The position numbers and the translations under genes were made by a program. A DNA stretch of 58,219 bases, filler included, from Dugesia japonica (Eukaryota), in NCBI GenBank assembly GCA_001938525.1. It is 5 parts of 5 records of this genome, joined end to end, with 100 filler letters (N's around TTAATTAATTAA, not from the genome) between each part and the next. Parts side by side here need not be neighbours in the genome. Positions count along the whole stretch, not along the records: positions 24,675 to 40,493 come from MQRL01533319.1; 4 more parts are not named here. The stretch is one strand, 5' to 3'. Under the pieces are notes generated by a model, which was given only the letters and a program-made list of their open reading frames with translations, was not told where the DNA came from and did not search any database. This document shows positions 25,810 to 38,119 of this stretch, in pieces. Positions within the stretch are counted from its first letter, which is position 1. Each line of letters starts with the position of its first letter.

Positions 25810-28030
25810 AACAATGACCTAGCAGGAACAGTTGTTGCCTGTAGTAGAGCTAACGACCGGCTACCTGCAAGCTTGATTTTTTTAATTCCTTCTTCTATTT
25901 CTATTCTTCTTCCATCAATGTATTTTTCATCTTTATTTTCATATTCAATAAAGTTCTTCCAGATTTTGTACGAATCCTTAACAGCTGAAAAATCACATTT
26001 ATATTCTGTCCACCTCAGTGCTTTTAAAACTCAATGATTGAATAGTTGTTCTGTTTTCTTTGTACTATGATTCTACGATAATCTCAACCATTCTTTATGT
26101 TTCTACTAGATTGTTACTGTATTTCATTCGAATTTGATAGTCAGCTTACATACAGCTCAGTTCAGTGTCAAATGGGGTTTTACGTTAATTGTTAGGTATT
26201 TATTTCAAAATGGATTATTAAAGTGTAAATCAAGGAATAAGTTCTTATTGCAATAGGCTGGAAAGCTTTCTCTAATGATCTTATTTCATGATCTTTGCTG
26301 AGTAGATTGTCGAGTAATATATAAAAAATTCTGTCATGCCTTTTAATAACCAATTTCATAATTTTTGGAGCATAAATGATACAATCTTTGTTTGTCTCTT
26401 CTTATTCTCAATAGCTCTAGATTTCTGGTTTACTCAATGACACTTCACTTTCGTTAGGAGATCGTTTCTTATTAGTTTATGCAAAAAATACAATTCTCTG
26501 GCTTTTAATGATTTACCTCGTATAATTTATTTATTAAATCACTTGTTAACCGAAATGTTTTCTGGCGGAAATGCTTGACTTTTTAAGCTTCTTCTATTCT
26601 GCCTACTTATCCATTTTTTTNNNNNNNNNNNNNNNNNNNNNNNNNNNNNNNNNNNNNNNNNNNNNNNNNNNNNNNNNNNTTTTTTCATATATAATTAAAA
26701 AGTAAGAAGATTTTCATAATCTTCAATTTTAAAGAGTAACTTAATGTTGATGTTTTTTGCTAATTAGTGAATATTTCTAGCCAGTTTCTACCACCAACTG
26801 TTTTTTCCAATTTTGATAAATCTTTCAATTTTCTAAAACTGTTTCTTTATTGTCGCAACTAGTCATTGCGCGCAGTTTGTTCATGTGTCTGCCATCAAAA
26901 ATATTTCGGAACGCAATAACTATTACCTCNAGAGGAACGATGCTTAAACCATCAGCAACGTCTAGAAAGACAATATTGATATTANCTTAAACTTTATTTG
27001 CTCGTTTAATCAGTNTATTCAGTGTCAGATTATGTTTTGTACATCCTTCCATTTTACCTAAGCATTTCTGATCCTCGTGGATAATCCTACTAAATACTCA
27101 TCTAAGAGTGCGATAAAACCGAGCTAACCGCACTCAGTAGACTCATATAAGTACGCTTTAGTGAAATTTGCTGATAATCCAGGATTTCAAGTGATATCTG
27201 ATAATGAAGTCGTTACTTTTATGTTTACCTTGTTTTAGTGAATCTGCTTATCTGGTAAATTCTAAAGAAGAAAACTAGCTTGCTATGTACAAAGATTTTG
27301 AATACGTCTATTTACTGCTCCGGTTGTAATGACCTCTTGCTTATTTTAAAACTTCACATTAAAGTTTTCACATTTTTTAAATAAATCATATGGGTTGTTA
27401 TTTACTTTGAGCTTCCTCATATTAGCCAGATATTTCTAAGCATCATCATCTTCTTTTTTAATGTTGATAATTTTTCCTTTTTAAAAAATAATAATATTTT
27501 CTAGGTTTTCATTGATCTCGCTTGTGATTGTCAAGTTAGCACATTTTTCTAGTTTTACTCTCATATCGGTTCATTCAATATTTTCGTTTGTTCTTGTGAC
27601 TTTTTGTTGAAATATATTTTATTAGTATTTAATAGTGCCAAAATATCTGCATTAGCTAGAGTATTGCATTTTTTGAGGTGTCAATTTTGTCGTAGACCGC
27701 AAGATTAAACAATAACATGGAAATCTTGTGGAAATGAAACCTATCCTTTTGCCATGGTGTCCGTCATTTGCAATAATGATTTCTGTTTTAAAATCTTGGA
27801 AGAAAGTTTTAATGAGTTTGATTGACTTTGTTTTCATTCCATAATGTTCTAGAATTTCAATTATTACCCCAAGAGGAACGATGCTAAAACCATCAGCAAT
27901 GTCTAGAAAGACAATATTGATATTATCTTAAACTTTATTTGCTCGTTTAATCAGTATATTCAGTGTCAGATTATGTTTTGTACATCCTTNCATTTTACCT
28001 AAGCATTTCTGATCCTCGTGGATAATCCTT
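25810..28030 (-). mobile_element. R2/NeSL-clade (RLE-type) non-LTR retrotransposon, decayed and rearranged
   Basis: DQKCLGKMEGCTKHNL, NIVFLDVADG.SIVP, EILEHYG, LANADILALL (YADD site) and LQPEQ.IDVFKIFV. C-terminal zinc-knuckle remnant HLC...IKRHDRI near 26.35 kb. Confidence 0.75.
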
Positions 28031-29003
28031 TCGTTTGTAATACACTACATTAACTGTTTCCATAAACAAGCAGTAAGTATTTTGTAAGATGTATTAGATA
28101 TTAATCGAATTTTTATCAAACTTTTGTATTGTTTCATTAATTTATATAATCATTAGTAGCCTTGACTTTTAATTTTATCGTTTACTTGAGTAGATGAGTC
28201 ATTATTATGCAATACGTTACGACAGTATATGTATATATGATCTACTGGTAAATTAATTTAACTATAAATATTCGTCTTATTCGATGTCATATGCAAGTAT
28301 TTATAAATTAATCTTTTTGTTAAATAGAAATGGATATTTTAAAACATTTGTATAAAAATTACCTTACGCACCGATTGATAAAATTGTTCTTAACATGTAT
28401 AATAGTGTAAATGGTTTAAAGATTAATAAAGACCCAGATTAATCTAATTAAATCAGTAAAATTGGTTATTTTCTAAATATTCTTAGATGGATTTAAACTT
28501 TTTAAAATTTGTATGCTATAAAGTATTGTATATAGTGTATTGTATTTTATATTGTGTAAAGTAAAGTATGTATAAAGTATTCAGTAAATCTTCCAAATTT
28601 TTAAACTCTGTCTCGGTCTTTTAAAAATATTAATACGTACAGTAATATGTCTAAGACTTCTTATTATTGGTTTCTAATTTTATTTTAACATATGAATGTA
28701 ATCCCAGGTAAGTTGAAGAGAAATTCATCATCTATGTAAAGGAATTCAAGAACATAGTCAGTTATATAGTCACAATAATATTGCAAAACATAATATTTAG
28801 TGTAAATCTAACGTATTTACCATCCATTAGATAATAGTTATAAGTATTGATAATTAAAATGTGTTGTACAGAAATCTTAGAGTTTATTGGAAAAAAGTAA
28901 TGTACGAAGCTTTGATGAATAGATCTTATGATCCAAAAAGTAATGTTCAAATGGTTCTTTCTAAATCGTTATTTAATTTGAATTTTATTGACACTGTTAT
29001 TAT

Positions 29004-29151
29004 TAGGTAGATGCATACACACCGGGCAACTTGTAAATTTGTTTTATGACTTCTATGCAATTTTTTATTATCTTCCTATTGTTTAACATTGGATTTTGAA
29101 AACTTTATTGACTTCTATGCAAATTTAAAAAAGTGTGTATGCATCTACCTA
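29004..29151. mobile_element. 148-bp MITE (hAT-like TAG terminus)
   Basis: Perfect 19-bp TIR taggtagatgcatacacac / gtgtgtatgcatctaccta; internal direct repeat tgacttctatgcaa. Confidence 0.8.
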
Positions 29152-30559
29152 CTATTATTTAATAGATTGCATAATGCCACACTGTAGTATATATATATAT
29201 ATATATTTTATACATAGTTGCAAGCGAATAAAGATAATTATAAATCTTAGTCATATGAAATATATGAATTTTTAAATAAATAACTTAATAATAAATGAAA
29301 TAAAATCATAGTGAATCTATTTTTCAAAATATTTTCGTAAAAACAATTGATAATAATTCATTTTGTTTTTTTTAATTTTGCTGAACAAATATCACATTGT
29401 GATTTCTCATGTTGTATAACATTTAAGTAACAAGTGAAATTCAACAATTTCTTTTAATGATGTATAAAATATTTGAAAGCTTTTAAATTTTGACTAAATG
29501 AAAACAAAAAAATAATGATTCATTTTTACACGTATTATAAAATATTAATTTGTTTTATTTTTAAATTAATTTTTATTTAATGAATTTATATTATATTATA
29601 AAATAACTACTAAATGTAGTTATTTGTTTGATTATATTACATTCTACAAATCCATGAAAAATTCATTAAATATCCTTTAAATTGNGATATTTAAAATGAC
29701 TTCTTATAAATTAAATGTATCTATTTGTTTAGATTATTGAGATCAGTTTATTATTATAATAATATTATCAGGAGCATTGGAAACCCTATTTGTTGCAATA
29801 CTTTTAAAATACTCTGCACAAAATATAGAAGGGTCATATTAAATATAAAAATTAAATATTTTATTAATATTTAAATAAACAATGTCAGTATTTTTTTTAG
29901 AATTTTAAAAAAATGGATTTTATTAAATTAATATAATTTATGGATCATCCGTCATCAGCAGAGCAATTGTAAGTCAGTTTGCAATATTTAAATATAGATT
30001 AAAATATTGCAGTAATAATAAAAAAAATTAATCTTAAATTAAGTGTTTTACAAAATTAAACGGATTATAAACCAACCAATTGGTGTACAAGATAAATTAC
30101 TGAACATATTAATAATTTTCTTTGAGATATACATAATTAGTAGGTAGAACTGAGCGGACAAGACTAAATGATTGACAGTCCATTTCACACATGAATTTTC
30201 ACACTTTGACTCCAATTTCCCACCAACTACACGAACAATTGAAAGTTTGTTGAAAATTAAAAAATTGAAATATTTTCAGAATATTCAAAGAAGTTAACTT
30301 TAATTAATATTTATATGAAAGAAGGTTTTAAAAAAATGACCCAGGTCTCAAAATATTTTAATATTTATTCGTACATAAAATAAAATTTATTTATATTTAG
30401 AAAATATTCAATTTGANNNNNNNNNNNNNNNNNNNNNNNNNNNNNNAAATAGAAAATACTAAACAATACTAATTATTAGTTTCAAATTATAATTTTAATT
30501 AATTATTTCAAAATTTATATCTGAAAATGTTAAAATAAAATACCAAATTATTTTAATTC

Positions 30560-30970
30560 TAAAACTCCCAAATCCTTTCACGCATTTTGGCTTTTCATAT
30601 GTATGTATTGCAACCAATTTTGCTGGATCGTTTTGAACTACTTTTTCACTTATGATGTGTCCCAATAATTTGATCTTTTTTCTTAGCAATTGACATTTTG
30701 AGGGATCAAAAGGTATCTTGCTTGATGCATTTTACTAAATACTTCATCCAGTGTTTTGTGATGCTCTTCCAAGTTTTCTAAATATATTAGAATTTTGTCT
30801 AAATATACTGCTGTTTCCTTTGTTATACCTAAAACATTTGTCGTGAGTTCTTGAAATTAACATAAACATAGTTGAATGTTTTCTTATAAACTCTTTGATA
30901 GTGTCATTTTACAATGTATTTATCTCACTCAAAGCTTTTTGACATCTTTCTTCATCTGTAGTAATCCTCC
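30560..30970 (-). mobile_element. Ty3/gypsy RT relic
   Basis: LLGHIISEKVVQNDPAKLVAIHTYEKPKCVK and TTDEERCQK, same family as the 33.9-36.9 kb copy. Confidence 0.75.
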
Positions 30971-30999
30971 AAAAATATGTTTTGATATTGCAAATCCGA

Positions 31000-31500
31000 T
31001 CTCGATTATCTTGTTCTGGTCTATCTATTATTTTCAAAGTACTCCATAAATTATTATATGTACTGGTGCTAGTAAACGGTATTTAAACTTGATATCTAAT
31101 TTTAAATGTCTTTATTGCGGTAATTGACTCTGAATAATATCAAATTCCGGAGCAAGCACAAATTTAATGAAATAATATTTGGTCTTAAACTCTTCAAGTG
31201 TTATTCCACAATTTATGTTCTTCTTTAGATATCCCATATTTTTAACTATCAGCGGCATATATGATGTACTATAAACATAATTTTTAAATGCTTGAGTATA
31301 TGTTTCTCTGTACTCACCGTTTGTCACTAAGTGTATTGATATAACATTGAAACTATCAAAAAAGCTCCGTGTTTAAAGTTTCCTTAATATCTTAATCTTA
31401 AAATACAACTAGAAGGTTTGAAATTTATGATCACCAAAGATTTACTCTATATAAAACGATGAACCTTTTTAATCAGTTGCATATGATACAATTTCCTTGG
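31000..31500 (-). mobile_element. Maverick/Polinton major capsid protein (PY) C-terminal relic
   Basis: FNVISIHLVTNGE...MGYLKKNINCGITLEEFKTKYYFIKFVLAPEF...LKLDIKF...PVHIIIYG matches the MCP tail pattern GI..EEF...Y....FDL.PD....L.LEL.F......VIVY. Confidence 0.75.
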
Positions 31501-32399
31501 TTCTTACGAATCTACTCGAACTCAGATATTTTTTTTGTCCGATAACAAATTTTATTATATCAATGAGCTTCCCTTTGAATTTACTCTTTGTTACAAAGAA
31601 AATGTTGATATGCATACTAAATGGAAATGTCGGTACCGCTTTGAGTAATTTAGTACCTGTGATGATCTTTCAGTGCATGACTAAATGTCACCACTTAAAT
31701 GTTGCACTGGTTTATTGTTCTCTAGCTTTTTGATTATAGTAAATAATTTTAAGAACGTCTGTCTGCATGAAATTTGTTTTGTTTAACTTTTTTATCTTCT
31801 TCCATTAAAGTGTTAGCAGGAGTGTCTCTACTTGAACTCTCACATCTTCTCAAAGAATCACATCTGTGAATTAAGTAACACACATAAAATTACCAGGTAT
31901 CACACCAGACCTTTTTTCCAAGTTCTTGCTAGTCTTGTAAACAACAATTACTTAAAAAGGACAAAATTTCAAACAGCAACAAATGGTTGGTTCATAGAAG
32001 TACAACGTCTAACAGATATGCAGATCTAAAGCAACCAGACGTTGTATGGGACTATAAGCATGAAGTTACATTGCAATCTGAGAGAACTCAAAGTAGCAAT
32101 GATAAGTAAAGGGTTGAGAAATTTTACAAACAGATTATACCAAATATCTGCGACCTGCCAAATTAAATTGATCAAATATTTTGACTAGATCATGAAACTG
32201 TACCTCTAAGCAACACTAAAATACGTGAACTTTAGTAGTCACTAAAAACCAATTGATGCAGAGGCTTGCATGCCTTAATAAAAATTCAAGTCTTTAATTA
32301 AATGGTACAACTAATTGACAACAAGTCTCAGAATTCTTTTTCATGCATACAGAAACCAATCGGTAAAAATAGATTGCTAACTAAATTTGATGAGTGCCT

Positions 32400-33075
32400 T
32401 CTTGATAGGAACACTAGAGACACGCCCACAAACCCTTTAAATAATTAGGTTAAACAAAACAAATTTCATGCATACAGACGAAATTGAAATTACTAACTAT
32501 GGTTTCGAAATAATCGAAAACCTGAAGGATATGCACTACAAGTCAGGCACTGCAAGATCATCACAATTGCAAAATTACTCGAATCGGTACAAAAAATTCT
32601 GATTAAGTATTTAGATCAATATTTACTTTGTAAGAAAGGGAATCTCAATGATACGATAAAATTCGCTATCAGACAAGAAGAGATATCTGAGCAAGGGCAT
32701 CATCAACAAAACACTTCATGACATTCATGGGTGCTAAATCAAACTTTAAAGTGGATTGGATAAAATATTTGATGTAACTTATGTTGAAAGGGAGATCCAT
32801 CATTGCACAAAAGCTACAGCACGAGTACCAGGCTGATTACTTTCTATGGTTTAGTCAACACTAGGATATAAATAACTAGACATCCTGGGCTAGGTTTCTG
32901 GAGATAAATTTAATATTAANGGCTTACAAATTATTGAATCAGAAAGGCTATTAGACTTTATCAGAAGGAATGCTAAATTAAAAGCAATATTGGTTCTGAA
33001 AATTGGCAACAAATAACACCGAGATGTCAAGGTAACTGGAAAGTACCGTTTATAAAACGGGAGGAAAAAAACCAA
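32400..33075 (+). mobile_element. Probable LTR-retrotransposon gag-protease relic, with an inverted diverged copy at 31505-31830
   Basis: Degenerate CxxC knuckle followed by ITFYGLVNT (LVDTG-like). Clear inverted homology between 31520-31830 and 32412-32695. Confidence 0.45.
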
Positions 33076-33919
33076 GAATTCTATTCATTGGTAACAGTGG
33101 TGTTTTATTTGTTTATTATGTATTAATCAACTTCATAGCATTACAAGAATAGAAAAAACGAATTTTGCATTTAAGCGCTTCAAGCGGCCATTTCGCGTTG
33201 CGATAAAACCGGATTTTAAAAGATTTGGTTAAAAAAATATCGATATCTTAAAATAGTAATCAATTACTTATAGATGATTATATGCGGCAACTCATTGCAT
33301 GATATCTTTAATCTTGATTGGAACCTCAGGTAAGTGATTGCAATTAAATGTCGAATTTAATTTCAAATGTTTGATTCTACAATGTTTTATGAGGATTACA
33401 GGATAAATCTAGACGAATCTAGAGAACTACGAATTATTTACTTTAACTATTGTGTGCACCAAGCCAATCAAACTCAATTTTATGAGTGAAATTATGCGTA
33501 TTAGTTAAATTTAAAGTCTCACAAGTCTCCATAAATTGTATATTGATCATTACAAGTCTTTTCTTAAAAAATAAAAATATGAAATATCAATTCACAAATT
33601 TCAAACAAATAAACTAAGAAATCTTAATAAAATATTTTTCAAAAATATTGGTTTTTTAAATTTCAAAATAATTATTTTTAAACCTCATTTTAAAAAATAA
33701 TTTTTTAAAATTTTATAATTTTACACAATGTAAAATTTTAACTTTAATTTAAAATCCCTTTGATTTACATATATATTTTTTTATTTTTCAACCTTATAAT
33801 TTTAAAATTTTATATTTAAAAAATTTCAAAAAACCAATCTCAATATTAAACATTAAAATTAAAAAATATCAGACATCCGAAATTCATAAATCATACTCAC
33901 ATTCCGCTCTTTAAATTTT

Positions 33920-36891
33920 TTAAAATTTTTTCCACATTTCTTTCAATCATCTTGCCTTCTGAACTCTTCAGAAGGTTTCGTCTTTTTGAATCTGTTTTAT
34001 CACCTCGTAAGGACCTGTGTATCTTTCTTTGTCTTTTGATCGGTTTAGTGCCTTGATTAGCACCTCGTCTCCAACTTGAAAATGTCTCTTTGTTAGTGTC
34101 AATTCTTCAGATTCTTCCTTCTTTTCTTCATTATTGAACCATCGTTCTCTATGTATATTCCTACTGAATACCACTTCTGCGTACGTATGCCCAAAGTCTT
34201 CTGGCTAGTTGCATTTAGAGTATATTCGATTTCTGGTATTAACTCTGCCCAATTTTTATTCTTTTTGTCTTTTAATGTTGTATTGATGTAATCTCTGATC
34301 GTTCTGAATTGGCTTTCTACTATTCCGTTTGTATTATGATTATATGGACTTGAGAAGCAAATCGTAATATTCATTGAATCTGTCATTTCTTTAAAGGTTT
34401 TTGATTCGAAGATCTTCCCTCAATCTACATGTATATCATTTGGGGCACCAAGTCTCAGTATCCATTTATCCATAATCGTTTTCTTTATTGATTCCTCATC
34501 TTGTTTAACTAGGGCTGTTTAAGCAAATCTTTTTCTTCCTACAGTTTCTTGAAAAAGCCCACAGATATCAATATAAATACTCTCAAATTGTTCATTAGCC
34601 TTTAATTTTATAATTTCCTCCTTTGTTCTAATTGTTGTTACTTTGTTCATTTGGCACGCTGTACATTCTTTAATTACTTTTGACACAGTGGCTCTCAAAT
34701 CTTCCATATCATATTCATTTTGCAAATAATTTATGACTTTTTCCGTGCCTGCGTGCACCAATAATTTATGGATTTCTTTTACCATTTGAATTTTTGTTTC
34801 TGATGGTATCCATATTTTGCCGTCTTTTGTTTTTATTTTATCATTTATTAATCGAAACTTTCTACATGTTCTATTCTTTATATCATTCTTTATCTGTTCA
34901 ATTTCTTCTACGTTACTTTGCCATTTATATGTATCTGAACCTGATAAACCATTAATTGTTCTTGTCTTTATTTTTCCTTCCCTTGGATTTTTATGATCTG
35001 TTAAGCATTGTGCACACGTACCAAAATTCATACTTGACAGCATATCTGCATTCGTGTGTTTTGAACCTTGCCTAAATTCCAATATCATATCTAGGCTTTT
35101 AAGAAAATTCATTCAAGTCTGAAATTGCGGAGTAATTGGCTTGTTTGTCTTTTTTATAAATCACCAAAAATAATTTTCCATACAGATAATGTTTAAAATT
35201 GTTACAAAAATAGTAAATGGTCAGTAATTCTTTTCTTGTTATACAATATCCCTTTTCATGAGCTGACATTGCATGTAACTCATATGCAATGACTTGATCT
35301 ACACTCCCTTTATCTTTTTGCGATAAAACTCCTCCGATGGCATCAAAGCTCGCATCTGTATCTAGTACAAACATATTTTTGATATCGGGAAAACTCAATA
35401 TTGGTGCTTTTGTTAATGCATCTTTCATCTTATTAAAAGATTTATCACAACTTTTCAACCACATAAGTTTTGTATTATTACTTCCACATAGCTCTTCCAA
35501 GCTTCTCGCTTTCTTTGAATAGTTATTGATAAACCCTCTTTAGTAATTGCATATTCCCAAAAAGCTTCTCAAGTTCTTTACACATTTAGGTCTTCCGAAA
35601 TTTTTTATCGCTTNNNNNNNNNNNNNNNNNNNNNNNNNNNNNNNNNNNNNNNNNNNNNNNNNNNNNNNNNNNNNNNNNNNNNNNNNNGCAATAAATGACA
35701 TTTTCCCGGATTAATTCTCAATCCTGATTCTTGAAATCTTTTAAAAATTTGGTCTAAAATTCTAAAGTGCTGCTTTAAATTTTCTGAAAATATTAATATA
35801 TCATCCATGTATACCATTGTTCCTCTCAATCTTCCTAAGATTTTTGTCATTAGTTCTTGAAACGTTCCAGGTGCTGCAGCTATACCGAAAGGCATTCTTA
35901 TGAAACAATACTGTCCATTTTTTGTAGAGAATGTTGTTTTCTCTTGTGAATCTTTATATAACGGAACTTAATAATTTGCATTACTAAAATATTTTGCACC
36001 ACTCAAATTGTCTAGTATTTCCTCTACATTGGGCATCGGAAATACCTGTTTTTCTGTGATTGCATTCAGTTTTCTAAAATCAAGACACAATCTAACGTCT
36101 TTCCTTTCTTTTTTCCAAACACATATTAATGGAGTGTTCCATTGCAAATTACACTTTCTAATAATGCCATTATTTTATTATTATCTTATAAATTATTATT
36201 ATCATTATTATCATTATTAAAACCATTATTATNTTATTTTCTAAATGCATTGGTTGTCTCCATGGTTTCGTATTTATTGGTTCTCCATTTGTGATTATTT
36301 GATGTTCTGCTATTGTTGTTCTGCCGATATCCCAGTTGTCTGCCATGAATATTTCTTTATGAATCCTTATAACGTCCTTTAAATTCTCATTTGGCTTGTT
36401 AATCAATATTTTTATTGCTCTCTGTACTCTCTCTTCATCTGTTGTTCTGTGTTCATTCTTTGCTTCTATAATACAAAGATACATTTCAGTATCCTTTGCA
36501 ATTGGAATACAAACTGTTTCTGTAATTCTATCCCTCCAATTGAATCTGGGTGTATATGTTTCACCACAATGAATTTAACTGTTTCGCTTTTATTCTCGAA
36601 TTTTACGTCTATCTTTATCGTACGAATAATTTCGAGTGGACTATTATTGGCACATCTTAAATTGTCTTCACTTTTTAATATATTGANNNNNNNNNNNNNN
36701 NNNNNNNNNNNNNNNNNNNNNNNNNNNNNNNNNNNNNNNNNNNNNNNNNNNNNNNNNNNNNNNNNNNNNNNTATTTCAACCGTTATACTTGGTCTACTTT
36801 GCATCTTGTCATAACTTATTTCTTGTCGCTTTATCTCTTCTATCGTCAGAATTTTACAATCATTGATAATATCCAGTTGGTTTCTAGTCAA
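33920..36891 (-). mobile_element. Ty3/gypsy pol pseudogene (PR-RT-RH-INT)
   Basis: MPFGIAAAPGTFQ, YMDD, FVLDTDAS, RKELL, HHCC zinc finger (IHKLLVHAG..CTAC), SPYNHNTNGIVE and YTGPYEV in gypsy order. Stops and frameshifts; no LTRs seen. Confidence 0.95.
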
Positions 36892-37209
36892 TTCTTTTTT
36901 TACAAACTTATAAACCTTTTCTTTTACATTATTGTAATAATCTACTCGTTTATCTTCGTTTCTTTTATTTAAATAATTATTTATACTAATTTTACTATAA
37001 TTAACAATACTGCAATTTTCAGGGATACTTAATTCAACGCTCCGACAATCTCGACTTCAGTCGGAGCTTGGCCATTTGAGTATTCATCTTGATAATTATT
37101 TGACCCGTCATTACAATAGTGACCTTTGTCTTCTCTATATTAGATTTAAATTCAAATTTAAATATTTAATTTAATTATTGTAAACTATATTTATTTTAGA
37201 ATTGTCTAG

Positions 37210-37580
37210 AAACATAGAATTGCACCACAACAACATCACATATCATGGAAAACACTAGTAACAGGCTACATTTCTACACTACATAGAAAAAAACATGAAG
37301 AAATAATAATCAAAGAAGACAATCCTAAAATAAATATAATTTACAATAACTAAATTAAATAATTAAATTTTAAATAAGAATTAAAATAAACCAATTAAAA
37401 TTAAATAAAAATAAATTATTTCAAAAATTATTACTATTATTTCAAAAATTATTACTATTATAAACATAAATTTTGAATAAATTAAAAAAGTCAATTCCTG
37501 ACGAAGACAAGGTCGAAATATCGAATCTCAAAAACAATAAAAAAATTTTTGATCGAAGCTTTTATTATTTTAAATGTTAT
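37210..37580 (+). mobile_element. Penelope-like 3' end/pseudo-LTR (GIY-YIG tail, 3' UTR, hammerhead)
   Basis: KHRIAPQQHHISWKTLVTGYISTLHRKKHEEIIIKEDNPKIN (stop 37351-37353), AT-rich UTR, hammerhead motif, AATAAA. Confidence 0.75.
37494..37526 (+). ncRNA. Minimal type I hammerhead ribozyme
   Basis: AUUC-CUGACGA-A-GAC(AAG)GUC-GAAA-UAUC-GAAU has both core boxes, a 3-bp helix II, a palindromic AUAU helix III, an AUC cleavage triplet and a 4-bp helix I. Confidence 0.75.
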
Positions 37581-38119
37581 TATCTCCTTATTTATTAATG
37601 CAATATTACCAAAAAAAATTTCTAATAAAATCATATTGATTATAACTTTTGTTTCAAAAATTATTGAAACTGCAAATTTATGAAATTAGTAATCTAATAT
37701 AATAATTAATCAATTTAAGAAATAATAAAATTTATTTTATAAAGTATGCTTGAATGAATGTGCTAAAAATTATTTGGATAATTTTAATAATTTAAATAAT
37801 TCTTCAGATAATTATTTTAAGTCTACGTTTAAAATTTCAAAATAATGAAAATATTTCTTTAGGGGAAAATGACCTGATTATTGGAAAATATATAAATAAA
37901 ATACTATTTGATTTTGTATATTTGAACAGTATTAGTTTTAAAAGTTATTTTGACACAGGGAAAAGTATAGCGTTATAGGTTTTAGGGTTTATGAGGAAAC
38001 AAATAGTAATTCAGAAAAAGCAGCGTTGTTTTAAAAAATTTGTATTATTTACTTTTATATAGTATGTAAATTATTATAGATTTAATTTTAAAAAAATATT
38101 TATCATAGAAGCTTACAAA

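Noticed and set aside
29747-29968. Transmembrane-like exon FIIIIILSGALETLFVAILL and a downstream gtaagt donor
   Set aside because: Weak splice sites, stops in all frames of the second exon, and hydrophobicity explained by AT richness.
37077-37100. tgagtatt resembling the miR-12 5' end
   Set aside because: Only a seed-length match, and it sits at the hairpin base rather than on a full arm.
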